From assembly GCF_009914755.1 (NCBI RefSeq), contig NC_060935.1: DNA of 64,000 nt; one strand, 5' to 3'. The position numbers and the translations under genes were made by a program. The notes under the pieces are model-generated. The model did not search any database. It was given only the letters and a program-made list of their open reading frames with translations, and had not been told where the DNA came from. This DNA is from the human T2T-CHM13v2.0 reference genome, Homo sapiens. Positions 62,651-64,000 of this stretch are shown piece after piece; position 1 is the stretch's first letter, and each line of letters starts with the position of its first letter.

Positions 62651-63739
62651 CCTCCCTAATTAAAATGTCTTAATTAGATAACTAAAAACATAAGTCTATA
62701 TTTTATCAAAAATAATAAAGTATTTAAAGTATTACTCAATCTAATACTAACACAAATAATAGCTAATACTGATGGCTTACTATGTACCTATTGCTGCCCT
62801 AACATCTCTATCTACATTAACTCATATAACTCTAAAAATCTAAATGAACCCTCCATCGTGATTTTTCTTGTTTCTTAAAAACAATAAAAATGAAAGCAAT
62901 AACAAAATAATTTTTCTACAGTTATTGTTTGTCTATTGTCAACTATACATCAGCTATGTTACAACAATATTAAATTATGGAACAGAAAAATACTTTTATA
63001 ATCAAGGAAAATATATTAAAGAGTGAGACATTTATTCAGGTATATACATGATGAAGAAAGGCTGAAGGAAACAGAAATGAAAACATGAGAGCAGATGACG
63101 GACTCTTAGGCCTGTTTGTCAGGCTTTGGAGAGTTAATCTAGTCTTTTCTTAGATATGAAGAGAAACTTCCTCGAGGGAAAAATGAATATGCTAAGGGCA
63201 TCCAGGTTTGGAACTAGAACTCAGGTCTCTACTCTCAGTTGACTGATTTTCCATTATATCAAACTACTTTTCATAATAGATCTACCCACTTAGGATTATT
63301 CATGCATGGAACATAACATTAGTCCATCTGAATTTTAAGTTATCTTCTAGATTACAAAATTCCATAAGTCTTATCATTTCAAAAGTTCTTTCACAACGTA
63401 TTGGCTTATAGGCTGGCCTTTTAGTCAGTGTTGATTCTCCTTAACCACCATATCAAAATTTAAGCAATGCCAGATTTTCATATTTAATCCTGTAGGGTAG
63501 GTATTACTTCTTTTGCTAATTAAAAATATGAAGATTGAGGCTAATTTAAAAAAAATCTTGTCTAATGGTATACACATATTAAAAACTTGCTAAGGTGGGT
63601 GATATTGGAAAGTACAGCCATTTTACTGGAAAACTTTTTCTTTTTGTTTTATAGCGAATCCTCTCTCTTTCTTTACTGGAATGCTTTGTCACAGAGAAAA
63701 ATCACATAAAGAGCTGCAAACTAAAAAACATAAAAATAT

Positions 63740-64000
63740 GGCCAGCTGCAGTGGCTCATGCCTGTAATCCCAGCACTTTGGGAGGCCGAGGTGCGTGGAT
63801 CACTTGAGGTCAGGAGTTTGAGACGAGCCTGGCCAACATGGTGAAACCCTGTCTCTACTAAAATACAAAAATTAGCTGGGCGTGGTGGTGCGTGCCTGTA
63901 ATCTCAGCTACGCAGGAGGCTGAGGCAGAAGAATCGCTTGAACCCAGGTGGCAGAGGTTGCAGTGTAGCCGAGATCGCGCTGCTGCACTCCAGCCTGGGT
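63740..64000 (+). mobile_element. Alu (AluSx-like), cut by window end
   Basis: Canonical left and right arms. Confidence 0.95.

Overview
This is AT-rich, CpG-depleted primate (human-like) nuclear DNA, probably intergenic or deep intronic. I found no intact host gene, CpG island, tRNA, rRNA or CRISPR array. It opens with the 3' part of a defective betaretrovirus-like provirus (HML-5/HERVK22-type: integrase, env, PPT, 3' LTR; 1-3167). The rest is largely nested transposon fossils: Tigger1, MER53, MER5A, MER6A, about 12 Alus, several L1s, L2, MIR, MaLR/ERVL LTRs and an ERV1 solo LTR. There is also a ~1.1 kb higher-order minisatellite. Almost all ORFs in the track are repeat-derived or chance. 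The most unusual structure is at 55.9-57.0 kb: a twin-primed L1 whose 3' tail, TSD and flank were later inverted, with a 53-bp non-L1 segment at the breakpoint matching 42628-42680 (45/53) 14 kb away. A few strong splice-site pairs hint at an unannotated spliced transcript. Subfamily names are from recalled consensus sequences and need RepeatMasker/Dfam confirmation. I see no support for a new multi-gene system.
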